Part shown: piece after piece, positions 22,730-34,639 of the stretch
How the letters are laid out: every line of letters begins with the position of its first letter
Numbering within the stretch: the stretch's first letter is position 1
NCBI RefSeq assembly: GCF_001194135.2
Contig: NC_068982.1
Span: 77,633,427 to 77,681,366 of the forward strand
DNA: 47,940 bases
Reading direction: 5' to 3'
Source: Octopus bimaculoides
Taxonomy: Eukaryota
Notes under the pieces: generated by a model
Seen by the model: the letters and a program-made list of their open reading frames with translations, nothing else
What the model was told of the DNA's origin: nothing
Database searches by the model: none
Program-made: the position numbers and the translations under genes

Positions 22730-23110
22730 AAGAAAGTGGAGAAGTGGGGAGAGCAAGAGAATAACATCATTCCAACTAGACATGTTCCTGCTCTCCAGGA
22801 GTACAAAAACAATCATCGTGGTCAAACTCATAGTGCTCTGGGAGGACAGACTCAATATTTCTCACTAGCTAAAGAATATCAAAAATTGGTCAAGAGTTTG
22901 GCATGGGGTCTTATTACTCATTGTGGTCAGTTCCCACAGTTTTCCAACTAGATCAGTGTGCCATTTCCTATAAAAGATTGGTCTGGAACCCAAACAACTG
23001 AAGAAGGCCACCAAGAAGACCAGCATGGTAGCTGAAACCAGCTCAAGTTGGCTATGGTTGATGAGAGACCATATGTGGAATCCTTCCAATGGAAGTTCTA
23101 CAGATGACTA
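22730..23110 (+). mobile_element. 3' fragment of a non-LTR retrotransposon with restriction-like endonuclease (HERO/NeSL-like)
   Basis: One frame reads QLDMFLLSRSTKTIIVVKLIVLWEDRLNISH*LK (cf. RPDMVL...IIVELTVPWE, PD-(D/E)xK type) and later QLKKATKKTSMVAETSSSWLWLMRDHMW (cf. AERASxWLW C-terminal motif). Confidence 0.7.
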
Positions 23111-23679
23111 TTTCAGTCCTTGCTGTCTTACACAGGTGAAGCATAAAGGTTAAGAAGGGAAAAGCTTGTGATCCTGTGATACCTGCTAATGATATGAAAG
23201 AGTTTCTAACATTGCAATGGATTTAGAAAGAAAGCTTGCAAAACTTCTGAGTAGCTCCTGCACTTTCTGCATGGGGCATAGCATACTTGATGTCTATTTC
23301 CCTTACATGATACAGTAGGCAGAAGGATGAGAGAGAGATGACATGTGGTTGGGTAGGTTGCAGTTGTGTGGAGAGGAGAAGAGAGAAGCAGGCATAGTGC
23401 ATGAAGAGAGTGATAGAGGTATGGTAGTAGAGATAATTTGAAGGTTCACTGGGGTGGGATGTCAATGTAAAATGTAGATAGAGTGAATAGCATTAAAGAA
23501 TGAAGGGTAAATTAAGAAGTGAATTGGTTCTACAAAGTAAGAAAAAGAAGCAGTATCAAGGGAGAGCTGCAGTTAGGGAGATGATGGGTGGTAGTGGTGT
23601 CTTGGAGAGGAAATTGGGTAAAGGGCCCAGTTGTGCATGTGCGCACACACAGTGCATCCAGAACTCAGTTTCACTGATA

Positions 23680-24030
23680 TAAGCAGGTCTTTTCAAGGAC
23701 TGCATATTGCTAGTCAGCTTGGTTTTTTGTGATCTCTTTCACAGGTTTCAAGGTCCTGAGATCAACCTTCACCACCTCATCCCATGTCTTTCTGGGTGCC
23801 CCTCTTCTGCAAGCTCCATCCAAATTCAGTGATTAGCACTTCTTTATACAACTGTCCTCATCCATTTGCATCACATGTCCAAGCCAATGCTATTGTCTTT
23901 CTTGCACATTCCTCTTATACTTACACACACACAATATTTGTGAGTAAACATTTTTGTTGTCAAGGTATTTTTCTTTATTGTCTGACAATGACAAGGCCTG
24001 CCTTTTCTTCACAGCATATTTCCTAAATGA
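23680..24030 (-). mobile_element. Old RTE 3' fragment
   Basis: ttcaccacctcatcccatgtctttctgggt...acaactgtcctcatcc...cacagcatatttcc. Confidence 0.6.
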
Positions 24031-24074
24031 TGCCTATTGCTCAACTGTCTACTCACAGCAGAAGTCTGGTTCTT

Positions 24075-24243
24075 TTATTCTTTTATTTGTTTCAGTCATT
24101 TGACTGTGACCATGCTGGAGCACCGCCTTTAGTTGAACAAATCGACCCCAGGACTTATTCTTTGTAAGCCTAGTACTTATTCTATTGGTCTCTTTTGCCA
24201 AACCGTTAAGTTACAGACACAGACACAGGCACACAGACACAGG

Positions 24244-24275
<32 letters not shown>

Positions 24276-24420
24276 CGATGGGCTTTTCCTAATCCACCCA
24301 CAAGGCTTTAATTGGCTTGAGGCTATAATAGAAGACACTTGCCTAAGGTGCCATGGAGTGGAACTGAACCCGGAACCATGTGGTTGGTAAGCAAGCTATT
24401 TACAACACAACCACTCCTTG
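24075..24420 (-). mobile_element. tRNA-derived SINE family 1 (near complete)
   Basis: Body and head both present: ...ggactgaacccggaaccatgtggttggtaagcaagcta...acaaccactcc (with one-base variation). Confidence 0.9.
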
Positions 24421-24909
24421 AATTAAATAGTGAGAAAATATAAATGGTAACAACAATGCCTAATCGAAAGGTCTTTTAAAATGACAGGAAATATCACGGA
24501 CATGGGACGTGACAAAAATATTTTTTCCTGGGAAATAAGAACGATTAATATGACATGTTTAGCTTGTTACAAGATTTTTATTTCTTTCTTTTATATTTTG
24601 TTTCACAACACTGTATAAAGACATGACCTCTTAGTGAAATGTTGCATAAAAGAAGTTAAACTGAAAAGAAATTTCTTGATTTCTAAATTATGAAATCTAA
24701 ACAATATTTTGCAGGACACAAGGGAAAACATATTTAACATATTGCCAGAATAAGACAATTATCATCTGATATGTTGTAACATACATTAACCATCTGATAT
24801 AGAAAGGTAATGAATTACTGTTCAGTTGGGGTGAAGACATATCTCACAGTTGGCACTGCTTACTTAATTACTCTTTTCTGTTTTATTTTTCAAAAACTAG
24901 GTTTTAGAA

Positions 24910-25272
24910 TCTTTTATCCTTTCTTTTACTTATTTCAGTCATTAGACCCAAGTACTTTTTTTTGTTTAAAGCCTGGTACTTAGTCTATTGATCTCTTTTG
25001 CCAAACCGCTAACTTACAGGGACATAAACACACCAACACCGATTGTAAAGCAGTGATGGAGGGGACAGGCACAAAGACACATGCACATAGATATATACAT
25101 ACATTCAACAGACTTCTTTCAGTTTCTGTCTACTAAATCCACTCACAAGGTTTTGGTTGGCCTGAGGCTAGAGTAGAGGACACTTGCCTAAGGTGCCACA
25201 CAGTGGGACCAAACCTGGAACCATGTGGCTGAGTAGCAAGCTTCTTACCACACAGCCATGCCTGTGCCTATA
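24910..25272 (-). mobile_element. tRNA-derived SINE family 1
   Basis: gcctggtacttagtctattg...tttcagtttctgtctactaaatccactcacaagg...cttaccacacagccatgcctgtgccta. Confidence 0.88.
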
Positions 25273-25730
25273 TTGTTTAATCTATGTTTCATTATCAGAT
25301 ACAATATTTGCTAAGTTGATATACATCTACTCAAACTATTAAGGTTTAAATCAGAAATGTTTATTTCATGCAGCAATCTATAACAGCTCAGAATACTGAG
25401 CACACACAAAACACTATTTCCCTCATCCTCATGCCCATCTCAAAGCAGATAGACTTTTAAATGTGCACACACCTACTAATCCCTATCTTCCTTTTATATT
25501 TTCCTCATAGAATCACATTCCCATCAGACCCTTAATCATTTGTTTTATTTTCATTTTTTCTGTTCTCACTTTTCTCAACTACTTTTCCTCTTTCACACTC
25601 CCCCTTTACTTTTCTTCTGACTAAAGACTACCATCCAAAATGCTAAGATTCTTTCCTTTCCTTTAAAAGCATCAAAGAAATATTTATAAAAATGTGTCCT
25701 TCCAATGTTGTTTTTTTTTGTTCATTGTCT

Positions 25731-25773
<43 letters not shown>

Positions 25774-26682
25774 TCTATGCTAGTAAATCCCATGTAAAAT
25801 TCTTAGGTGATATAGTAATTACAACTGCCAGTCAGGATATTTGAAGCATTATGAAAGTGTCTTGCTAGGAAATATAACTAAACAACTGCAGTAATTTTAA
25901 ACTTATGTTCTATACCTTATTCACTCAATCACATATTCAACAATTTGTATAAATTTGATCAGATTATTTTCCTACAACTAATGTGAAACAATTCAAATTG
26001 AGCATTTGCTGCATCAACAGTCACCTCTTATCTTAATCTATGAAGTTTTAAAAAAAAGTAATTTACTGCTCACATGAGCAAGTGTAAAAGCTAATATTGC
26101 TGTAGTAAAATGGATGTAAAACTACATTAAAAAATTATTAAAATTTAAATAATTTTATGAAGATATTTATAAATTCTGAGAAAAATATAGCCAGAAGAAA
26201 TTTAAAATATTTGATCTACTAGGTTTGTTTTAAGTAGTTAAACATCTTTAGAAAGAAAACAAAAACTAAATAAGAGGAATTTGTTTTCCATTTCTCAAAA
26301 TGATTTTGTTGGCAATTGAAAACTTTTAGAAAATCTTATATAAATTTATTCAACTATTGGGTAAATATTTCAAGATATACATTCTTGATATTGCATTTTT
26401 TCTCTTTTAATGAAGTGGAGTCTGTGGTGGAGTTAGTACAAAGAACCAGGCTAGAAGATGTTAGTTTATTATCCTGCATTTCTGGATTTAAATTTTATTA
26501 GATTCAACATTTTTTTTCTACTGAACCATAGAGAAATTGATATCAATAATACTTCTCCCAACTAACAAAAATGTGTTTACAGAAGAAATCAATATCTTAT
26601 ATGAGCCAATGCAGAATAATATCTTATTTTTTTCACTTATTTTGCTTATTCTCCATTTTCACTGTCAATATTTCAGTTAGGT

Positions 26683-26925
26683 CAAAGGCAGCAAGCTGGT
26701 AGAATCATTAGTATGCTGGCCAAAATGCTTAGTGGCATTTTGGATGTCTTTACATTCTGAGTTCAAATTCTGCCATGATCAACTTTGCCTTTCATCTTTT
26801 CAGGGTCGATAAAATAAGTACCTGCCCCCTTCCCCAAATTTGCTGGCCTTGTGCCAGAATTTGAAACCAGTATTTCAGTTAGATCAACTTTGCTTTTCAT
26901 CCTTCTGATCTTGATAAAATATCAC
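26683..26925 (+). mobile_element. SINE family 3 (Meta-domain-like core, partly duplicated)
   Basis: aggcagcaagctggtagaatc...actttgcctttcatcttttcagggtcgataaaataagtacc; core repeated at 26885-26920. Confidence 0.8.
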
Positions 26926-27567
26926 CAAAACTGGTTGGTTTAATCTTTGTGGACTTCATCAAAATTTGTCGCCTTGTGCCAATATAAGAAACCAATGTTT
27001 CTGTTACCCTGTGATACAGCTCTGGTACAGTGGCTCTTAACCAAGGTGTTTGTACCAGTTGGCGATAAGGTATCAGGGTGTACTCTCAAGAAAGAATAGG
27101 GAAGAGAATGAAGGATGGCTGGGTAAAAAAAAATGATATATGACAAAGTTCATCCTTTTCTCACTAAGTGTTTGTTCTCTCAAAAGATAAAAAAATCTAC
27201 AACTTAAATTCTATATTATGTATTGTATGAAATCATGCAGTTCTCTTAACTTTTGAAGATCGACTTATAGTAACTGCTTCATGTAGCATACAGATCTTCA
27301 TGTGTCACAAACCAAAGCTAAAGGGTGGTAGTAGAGACTTGGCAATAAAGTTTAACTGGTGAAACTAGAATATAGAGATCAAATTTGAAAGAAACTAGGC
27401 TGCTAACCAAATATATTCATGCCATAAAAAAAAAATCACTTGTTTTCTTTTTCAGTCTCATGTTTAGATTAAAGAAAACTATAAATTTTATAGTATTTGC
27501 ATTACTTCAAATATCCCTTAGTTAAGCATATTTAGATTTTTTAAGAAATAATTGGTGCAAGTATTTT

Positions 27568-29240
27568 ATCATCATCATCATCATCATCATCGTTTAATAT
27601 CTGCTTTCCATGCTGGCATGGGTTGGACGGTTTGACTGAGGACTGGCAAGCCAGGAGGCTGCACCAGGCTCCAATTTGATATAGCAATTTGATATAGCTA
27701 TAGAAATAGCTGGATGTCCTTCCTAATGCCAACTGCTCCAAGAGTGTAGTGGGTGATTTCTACATGCCACAGGCACGGGGGCCAGTCAAGTGACACTAGA
27801 TTTGACCATGCTCGAATAGTGCTTTTTATGTGCCACCGGCATTGGAGCCAGTCAGGTGGCACTGGCATCAACCACACGTGAATGATGCTTTTTACGTGCA
27901 ACTCGCACGACTACGATTTCACTTGACTCAACAGGTCTTCTCAAGCACAGCATATTGCCTGACAATTGAAGGGTACTTTTAAATGGACCAGTTATTCAAC
28001 ACTGGCATTAGCCATGGCTATGATCTCACTTGGCTTGCTGGGTCTTCTCAAGCACAGCGTATTTCCAAAAGTCTCAGTCACTTGTCATTATCTTTGTGAG
28101 GCCCAATGTTCGAAGGTTGTGCTTCACCACCTCATCCCAGGTTTGCCTGGGTCTACCTCTTCCACAGGTTCCCTCCACTGTTAGGGTGTGACACTTATTC
28201 ACACAGCTGTCCTCATCCATATACAACATATGACCATACCAGCACAGCCATCTTCCTTGCACACTACATCTGATGCTTCTTATGCTCAACTTTTCTCTCA
28301 GGGAACTTACATTTTGTCATGTATGCACACTGACATTACACATCCAGTAGAGCATACTAGCTTCATCTCTTTCAAGCCTATGCATGCCCTCAGCAGTCAC
28401 TGCCCATGTTTCACTGCCATGTAGCATGGCTGTTCACATAGATGCATCATACAGTCTACCTTTCTCTCTGAGTGAGAGGCCCTTAGTTACCAGCAGAGGT
28501 AGGAGCTCTCTGAACTTTGCCCAGGCTATTCTTATTCTAGCATCTATGCTCTCAGAGCATCTACCCCGCTACTGACTTGGCCACCTAGGTAGTGGAAGCT
28601 ATCAACTAATTCTAGTTTTTCTCCCTGGCATGTGATGGAATCTGTTTTCTGTACATCTTCAGTATCTATTGCCCCTGTGCATCTGCCACATACAGTTATC
28701 CCTCCTTTGATATTGCTGCACCTCTTACATGTCCATAGCTTACACCAGGAACATCTTTATGGAGTTTCTACCTATGCCTTTTCTACAGATTGAGTAAGCC
28801 ATCTACCTGAAGGGATTTGTGAATTGTCTGCCTCCCTACTTTCTAAGACTTTGGTTTTGGCTAGATTGACTCTAAAGCCCTTCGATTCTAGATCTTACTT
28901 TCATACCTGAAGCTACTTCTCTAGTTCTCAGCTATTAGAGCACGGTCATCAGCATTGAGGAGCTCCCAACGGCAGCCTGTCTTGAATTCCTCTGTTATTG
29001 TCTGGAGGACTATCATGAATAAGAGGGGGCTGAGGACTGATCCTTGGTGAACCCCTACTTCTATCCAGAATTTTTCACTATATTCGTTGTCAACTTTCAC
29101 CTTACTGACAGCTTACTGTATATGACTTGTACAGCTCTCACCAACCACTCTATCCCTAGTTTCCACATTGACCACCAGATAAGGGATTGGAGGACCCTGT
29201 CGAAGGCTTTCTCCATGTCAATGAAAACCAAGTACAGAGG
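27568..29240 (-). mobile_element. 5'-truncated RTE LINE (same family as 2432-6207), (CAT)n tail
   Basis: FIDMEKAFDRVLQSLIWWS, GVHQGSVLSPLLF, MDEDSCVNKCHTLTVEGTCGRGRPRQTWDE; catcatcat tail at about 27568-27591. Confidence 0.92.
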
Positions 29241-29814
29241 CTTGTCTTTGGATAAGAATTTACAGAGACAGAAAAACTACCAGTACAATCACAAAGTCAA
29301 TGTGGTTATAATTTATTATTATAATTTTTAGTTTTTTGCTGAGTTGAGTGTAACAAGTTGTAACATGTTCAATTCCATGGAATGGCTTTCATGTTGCAAT
29401 GACAATACAATGAGAATCTTCAAAAGGTTCAGAGAACTGAAATGATAGTGATTCAATGGATATCAATGAGATAATATCAATAAAGTGGATAACAACAATT
29501 GATTCTAAGAAATAGAAAGGGCAATGAGTGTATTAAGTATGTGTGCACGCATGTATGCATACATACTATATATACACACATACACACATACATACATACT
29601 ATACATGCACATGTATACACACTATATATACATGCACAAACATATATATATATATATACACACACACACACGCATACACACATACACATGTACATATTCA
29701 AACACATATGCCTGCTTGTTTAATAGGTTTGTGTAGTTGAAACATGAAACATGCACTCAGTGAGGGATTCAACTGTTGTTTGCAGAATCAAAATAATATT
29801 CAATATTAATAGTG

Positions 29815-30035
29815 TTTAAGGTGGCAAGCTGGCAGAATCATTAGCATGCCAGGCAAAATACCTAGCAGCATTTCATCTGTCGTTATGTTTTGAGTTCAAA
29901 TTCAGCCAAAGTCGGCCTTACCTTCCATCCTTTCGGGGTTGATAAAATAAGTATTAGCTGAGCACTGAGGTCAATGTAATCAACTTACTCCACTCCTCTA
30001 AATTGTTGGCCTTGGGCCAAAATTTGAAACCAGTA
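29815..30035 (+). mobile_element. SINE family 3 (Meta-domain-like core)
   Basis: ggtggcaagctggcagaatc...gagttcaaattcagcc...ttccatcctttcggggttgataaaataagta. Confidence 0.85.
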
Positions 30036-30099
30036 TTAATAGTGTTTACTTTGAAATTTCGACATTAAAACCGGTTTCTCAGTTTTACAATTAAGCTCA

Positions 30100-30270
30100 A
30101 GCATAGCTGTATAGAGAGCGCCATGGTTAGGGGTTCAGTCCCATTGCATGAACACTGTCAGTTGGTGCTGTCTACTTTAGGCATGATTTGACCAATGCTT
30201 TCTGGGTGAAATTTGGTAGATGGAAACTGGAAGAAACTCATCATGTGTATGTATGTATATTATATATATA
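30100..30270 (+). mobile_element. SINE family 1 fragment
   Basis: gggttcagtcccattg...gaaatttggtagatggaaactggaagaaactcatc. Confidence 0.6.
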
Positions 30271-30328
30271 TGATGGACTCTCCTGTTGGTTTCAAAGTAT
30301 GAGGATCTCACAGCCTACACTTTCTTTG

Positions 30329-30510
30329 TCAGTCATAATGCTTATGTTGAATATGACATTTAAGTCCCACTAACAATTTGCAAAAGAACCCACAGATGTT
30401 GCAAGTGTGAGGGTTACAGGTCAATGCAGGCAGTATATTTGCAGTCACTTTTCTCCTTTGCCTTGCATCTCTTAGCCTGTTAATGCTGGTTGAAACAAAG
30501 TCACTTACAC
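30329..30510 (-). mobile_element. RTE-type ORF C-terminus with a single C2H2 finger (fragment)
   Basis: INRLRDARQRRK...HTCNICGFFCKLLVGLKCHIQHKH*. Confidence 0.6.
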
Positions 30511-30639
30511 CATCTTGACATACACACACACATATACAATTTTTTTCCAGTCTTCTGTTTTGAGGTATCTTTTATCTTTTACTTGTTTCAGTCATTAGGC
30601 TGTCAACTTGATTTCGAGTAGAGCTATTGCATGATTTCT

Positions 30640-33130
30640 TTATGCCCTAAAATATACACGAATATGGCTTTTGAGGCCTGCCAAAGACTTGCATGCTTTT
30701 TGACAATTAGTGATAGTAAAGTTCATGGAGCTGTAAACTATACAATGCCTTTTCAAGACACTTTTTCATCTGCATACTTTATGACAGAGTATGCATTTGA
30801 AATCATCTGTCCATCTATAATCAATGTGCAGTTGTGCAATGTGTGATTTCATATGGCTCCTTAGCCCAGCCTTACTAAGACAAATCTTTCCACATTCATC
30901 ACATGTAAGACCATCACATTCATTAATGCTTGTTAGAACATCATTGCAGTCACTTTTTCTCATGTTTCTTTTGATCTTTGCATACTCCATTCTCTTCCTT
31001 TCAAATTCATTTTTGCCTTCATACACAATATTTTTCCATTTTTGTCAACAATGCACTAAATCTTCCTGACTCCAGACAATCTTTGTACTTCATCTTCATC
31101 TTTGGTTTGTTGAACGGATGCTTACTTTTCACCAATTCTCCATAAAAAAGTTGTTTAGGCATTCTGTTGTACTCCATCTCAATCTGTACTGCAATAGCAA
31201 AGCTTCAATACCGAAGCATTTCCTTCTTTCATGCACCTCATCGTCAGTCACAAACATTTTCCAGCTGATCCTCAAAATCCTTCTGAGACATTGTAGATGA
31301 AAATGTTCCATAAGTTTTAAGTGCATACGATACACAGTCCAGGTTTTGCAAGCATACAATAAAGAGGTTAAGATACAATGTATTATATACCTTAGTCTTT
31401 GTCGCAGTGGAAATACCATGTCTAGATCATAAGTGGTCTTCCAGTTTGCCAAAAGCAAAACTGGCTTTCTGAATGCGCAGTGACACTTCATCATTAAGAT
31501 TCACTAATGTGTTTAGTGTGCTCCCTAAGTAAATTAACTTAGAAACCACAACAAGTTTTCTTCCATACATGAAGATACCAGGTTCTATGTATGGCATTCC
31601 TGGTGCTGGCTGAAACATGACAACAGTTTTGGTTAGATTTATGATTAAGCCAAGTGTCTCACAAGCCATTGAAATTGCATTTATAAGATTTTTCATGTCC
31701 TCAGTATGAGTGACAATATCACAATCATCTGCATAGAGGAGATCTCTAATAAGAGTTGAGGATGTCCTCGACTTAGCTGAAAGTCTTCTGATGTTAAAGA
31801 TTTTTCCTGTTGTGCGATATCTGATATATATGCCTTCATAGGAGCCTTTGAAAGCCAACTGAGAAACTATAGTAAAATAGAGAGTGAAGAGAATGGGTGC
31901 TAGTATGTCACCTTGTTTTACTCCATACATGACAGAGATAGGTTCCAAGAGCTTTCCACCAATGTTGTTCCTTACTTCCATGTCATCATGAAACTGCTTC
32001 AGAATAGTGAGAAACTTTACTGGGCATCCAAGTCTTCTCAAGATCTCCCACAAGGCAGTTCAACTGACAGAGTCAAAAGCCAATGAATACCTGATAAAGT
32101 CCTATTTGCTGTTCCACACACTTTTCCTGTAACTGCCATGCAGAGAAGATCATGTCAACAGCACCCCTACCATTTCTGAATCCATTCTGTGATTCAGGTA
32201 GGAACTCATTAGCCACATATATCTGCAGCCGGTTCAACATTATTCATGATAATACTCTGCCGGCTGTAGCAAGCAAACAAATACCATGAAAGTTATTGCA
32301 TTCATCCTTTTGTCCTTTTCCCTTGAACACAACTTCCATAGCTGCATCTTTCCAGTCTTTTGGCATAACTTTATTTTTCCATATCTTCTGTATTACTGCT
32401 GTCAGCATTTCTAGCAAGTAGTAGCCCACAAACTTAGAGAGTTCTACATTCAGACTATCAACTCCTGGTGCTTTGCCATTATTCAGCTTTAATATTGCTT
32501 TTATTGTTTCCTCCACTGATGGGGTGTCATCTAAGCACTCAATGGGTGCATTCTGTGGAATCATATCAATACTTTTTCCATCAACAACTGATAGTCAATT
32601 CAGAAGTTCATTGAAATGTTCCTCCCATCGATTTAAGATTTCTTTGGGCTCCCTCAATAAAACACCACTCCTATTCTTCACATGAGCCAAAGTAGGACAT
32701 GATGGCCCATACACCTCACAAAGGAAAGTATATAATAACTTAGTGTTCTTAACATTGGAAGCAGCCTTTATCTCTTCTGCTTTCTTCCATCACCAAGTTT
32801 CTTGCATGCTTTGAATCTTTCTTTGCACATATGCTTTTATCTCTTTGAAAAAAGCTCTATTTTGGTCGGAATCATTTGCTAGTATTTTGTATCAAAATAT
32901 TTTCGTCTCTTTGAAACCGCAACCTGTTCACTGACAAAACTTCACAGAAGTGATGCAGCATGAAGTTTTGTCAGTAAACAGCACACACAAACATTCATTG
33001 CCTTTCATTTGTGTGTCTCTATGTGTGTGCGCAAGTGTGTATTGGCATGTGTGTGTGTGTGTCACTGTTGAAGTCGCTCTTGCAGCTTGTTTGTGTATAT
33101 ATTGGCTTAGTGGTACAGAGTGTTTGAAAA
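30640..33130 (-). mobile_element. Decayed RTE LINE, third family, with C-terminal C2H2 finger array
   Basis: KLNNGKAPGVD, NFHGICLLATAG, GVKQGDILAPILF, DLLYADD, FHLQCLRRILRISW, then CDECGKICLSKAGLRSHMKSH and two further degenerate fingers before the TAA at 30642-30640. Confidence 0.9.
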
Positions 33131-33591
33131 CTGTGAATAAGGTGCAAGTTTTGAGTACTTGTCGGGAACATTTTTTTTCTCTTCGTCTTCTAATAGTAAT
33201 TACTCAATTTTCTAGGCTCTTCTCACAGCTATCCATGTTCAAAAATTATATGAGTATTTTTAAAAATTTTCATTCAATAAATAATGTTTTTACATTACAT
33301 TACATTGAAATTATAGGAAATTTCTTAGAACATGAATTTATAAAAATATTTCCAGACGGTCAACCTTTTAATAATTGCTTTCTTTTAGTACTTTTAGTAA
33401 ATGTTACATACCTAATTAATAAGCAGCTTTCTCCATTATAGTATAGATACATACATATATATAAAATAATAAATGTGAAAACTAATTTCTGTGTCACACT
33501 TTGACACCTCAATCTCACTATTCAATGACACTTCCTTGTGCTGAGGTGAGAGTAATAGTAGGCATAGAGACAGTGAGGGAGGAAGGTGAAG

Positions 33592-33597
<6 letters not shown>

Positions 33598-33650
<53 letters not shown>
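33598..33650. repeat. (GA)n microsatellite
   Basis: Uninterrupted GA run. Confidence 0.97.
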
Positions 33651-33654
<4 letters not shown>

Positions 33655-34035
33655 TGAAACAGAAATTTAGGGAGTGTTAATGATGTTTTATTAAAAGTAG
33701 TAGTGTTGATGGTGGCAATGGGAGTGACAATAAGAGAGAGAGTGTGGATAGGTGAGATAAAAATTGAGATGATGTACAACTTTCCTGGAGAGAAATTCCT
33801 GTGGCCAGCATACTGAACCAACTATTGAACACTACCATTTTTGCTTTATTTTTTGCTTTCTTTAATATGCACACTTACACATACACACATATATATATGT
33901 GGATGTCAGTGTGCCACACTTTTTCAACTCTACTCCTAGAGACCATAGCCCAACATATAATACCATTTTGGAATCAGGCTGACTCCGTGAGTAAATTAAA
34001 AATATTCTGGGCTGAATCCAGACCTGCAATCTCGA

Positions 34036-34185
34036 AATTTTTTATGTTTTCATTACTGTGACTGGTTCTGGCAATTTCTTTTACATGATTTTTAGTGATG
34101 AATCTGATCATCATTGGGATATGACTCTGGAGGAAGTAATTGCAATAAATTCTCCAAAACAAGTAAGAGATCTGTTTGCAGATCT
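34036..34185 (+). mobile_element. Short Helitron Rep/helicase-linker remnant
   Basis: Reads ESDHHWDMTLEEVIAINSPKQVRDLFA, matching the recalled Helitron motif LESDxHWDxTLxEA...P.QIRxLFA. Confidence 0.55.
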
Positions 34186-34308
34186 TCCCATTTGGGGTTA
34201 ATTGCTTAAAAGCTACATACTAATGTAAAAGCTGCCCGATAGGGTGGCTTTTAAGCTAGTATATACATACATATATGCATACATTCATACATACATACAT
34301 ACATACAT

Positions 34309-34342
<34 letters not shown>

Positions 34343-34352
34343 NNNNNNNNNN

Positions 34353-34590
34353 TCAGTTTCTGTCAACCAAATCCACTCAAGATTTTGGTGGACCCGCCAC
34401 ACAGTGGGACTGAACCAGGAACCATGTTGTTGGAAAGCAAACTTCTTACCACACAGCCACACCTGCACCTACACACATATGGGCTTCTTTCAGTTTCTGC
34501 CTACCAAATCCACTTACTCAAAGTGCTATGTACTGAGACTGAACTGGAAACCATGTGGTTGGGAAGCAAACTGCTTTATCATACAGCCAC
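34353..34590 (-). mobile_element. Two tandem partial SINE family 1 heads
   Basis: tcagtttctgtcaaccaaatccactc...cttaccacacagccac occurs twice in direct orientation. Confidence 0.8.
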
Positions 34591-34639
34591 ATGTTTCTTT
34601 CTTACTGTCTTGTGAGTGTGCAGTAAAGATGTGTAGGTG

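Noticed and set aside
27673-27698. 13-bp tandem duplication AATTTGATATAGC x2 in an RTE tail
   Set aside because: Ordinary local duplication or deletion scar.
32950-33441. 163-aa plus-strand ORF
   Set aside because: Antisense to RTE sequence and AT-rich DNA, with no motifs or splice support.
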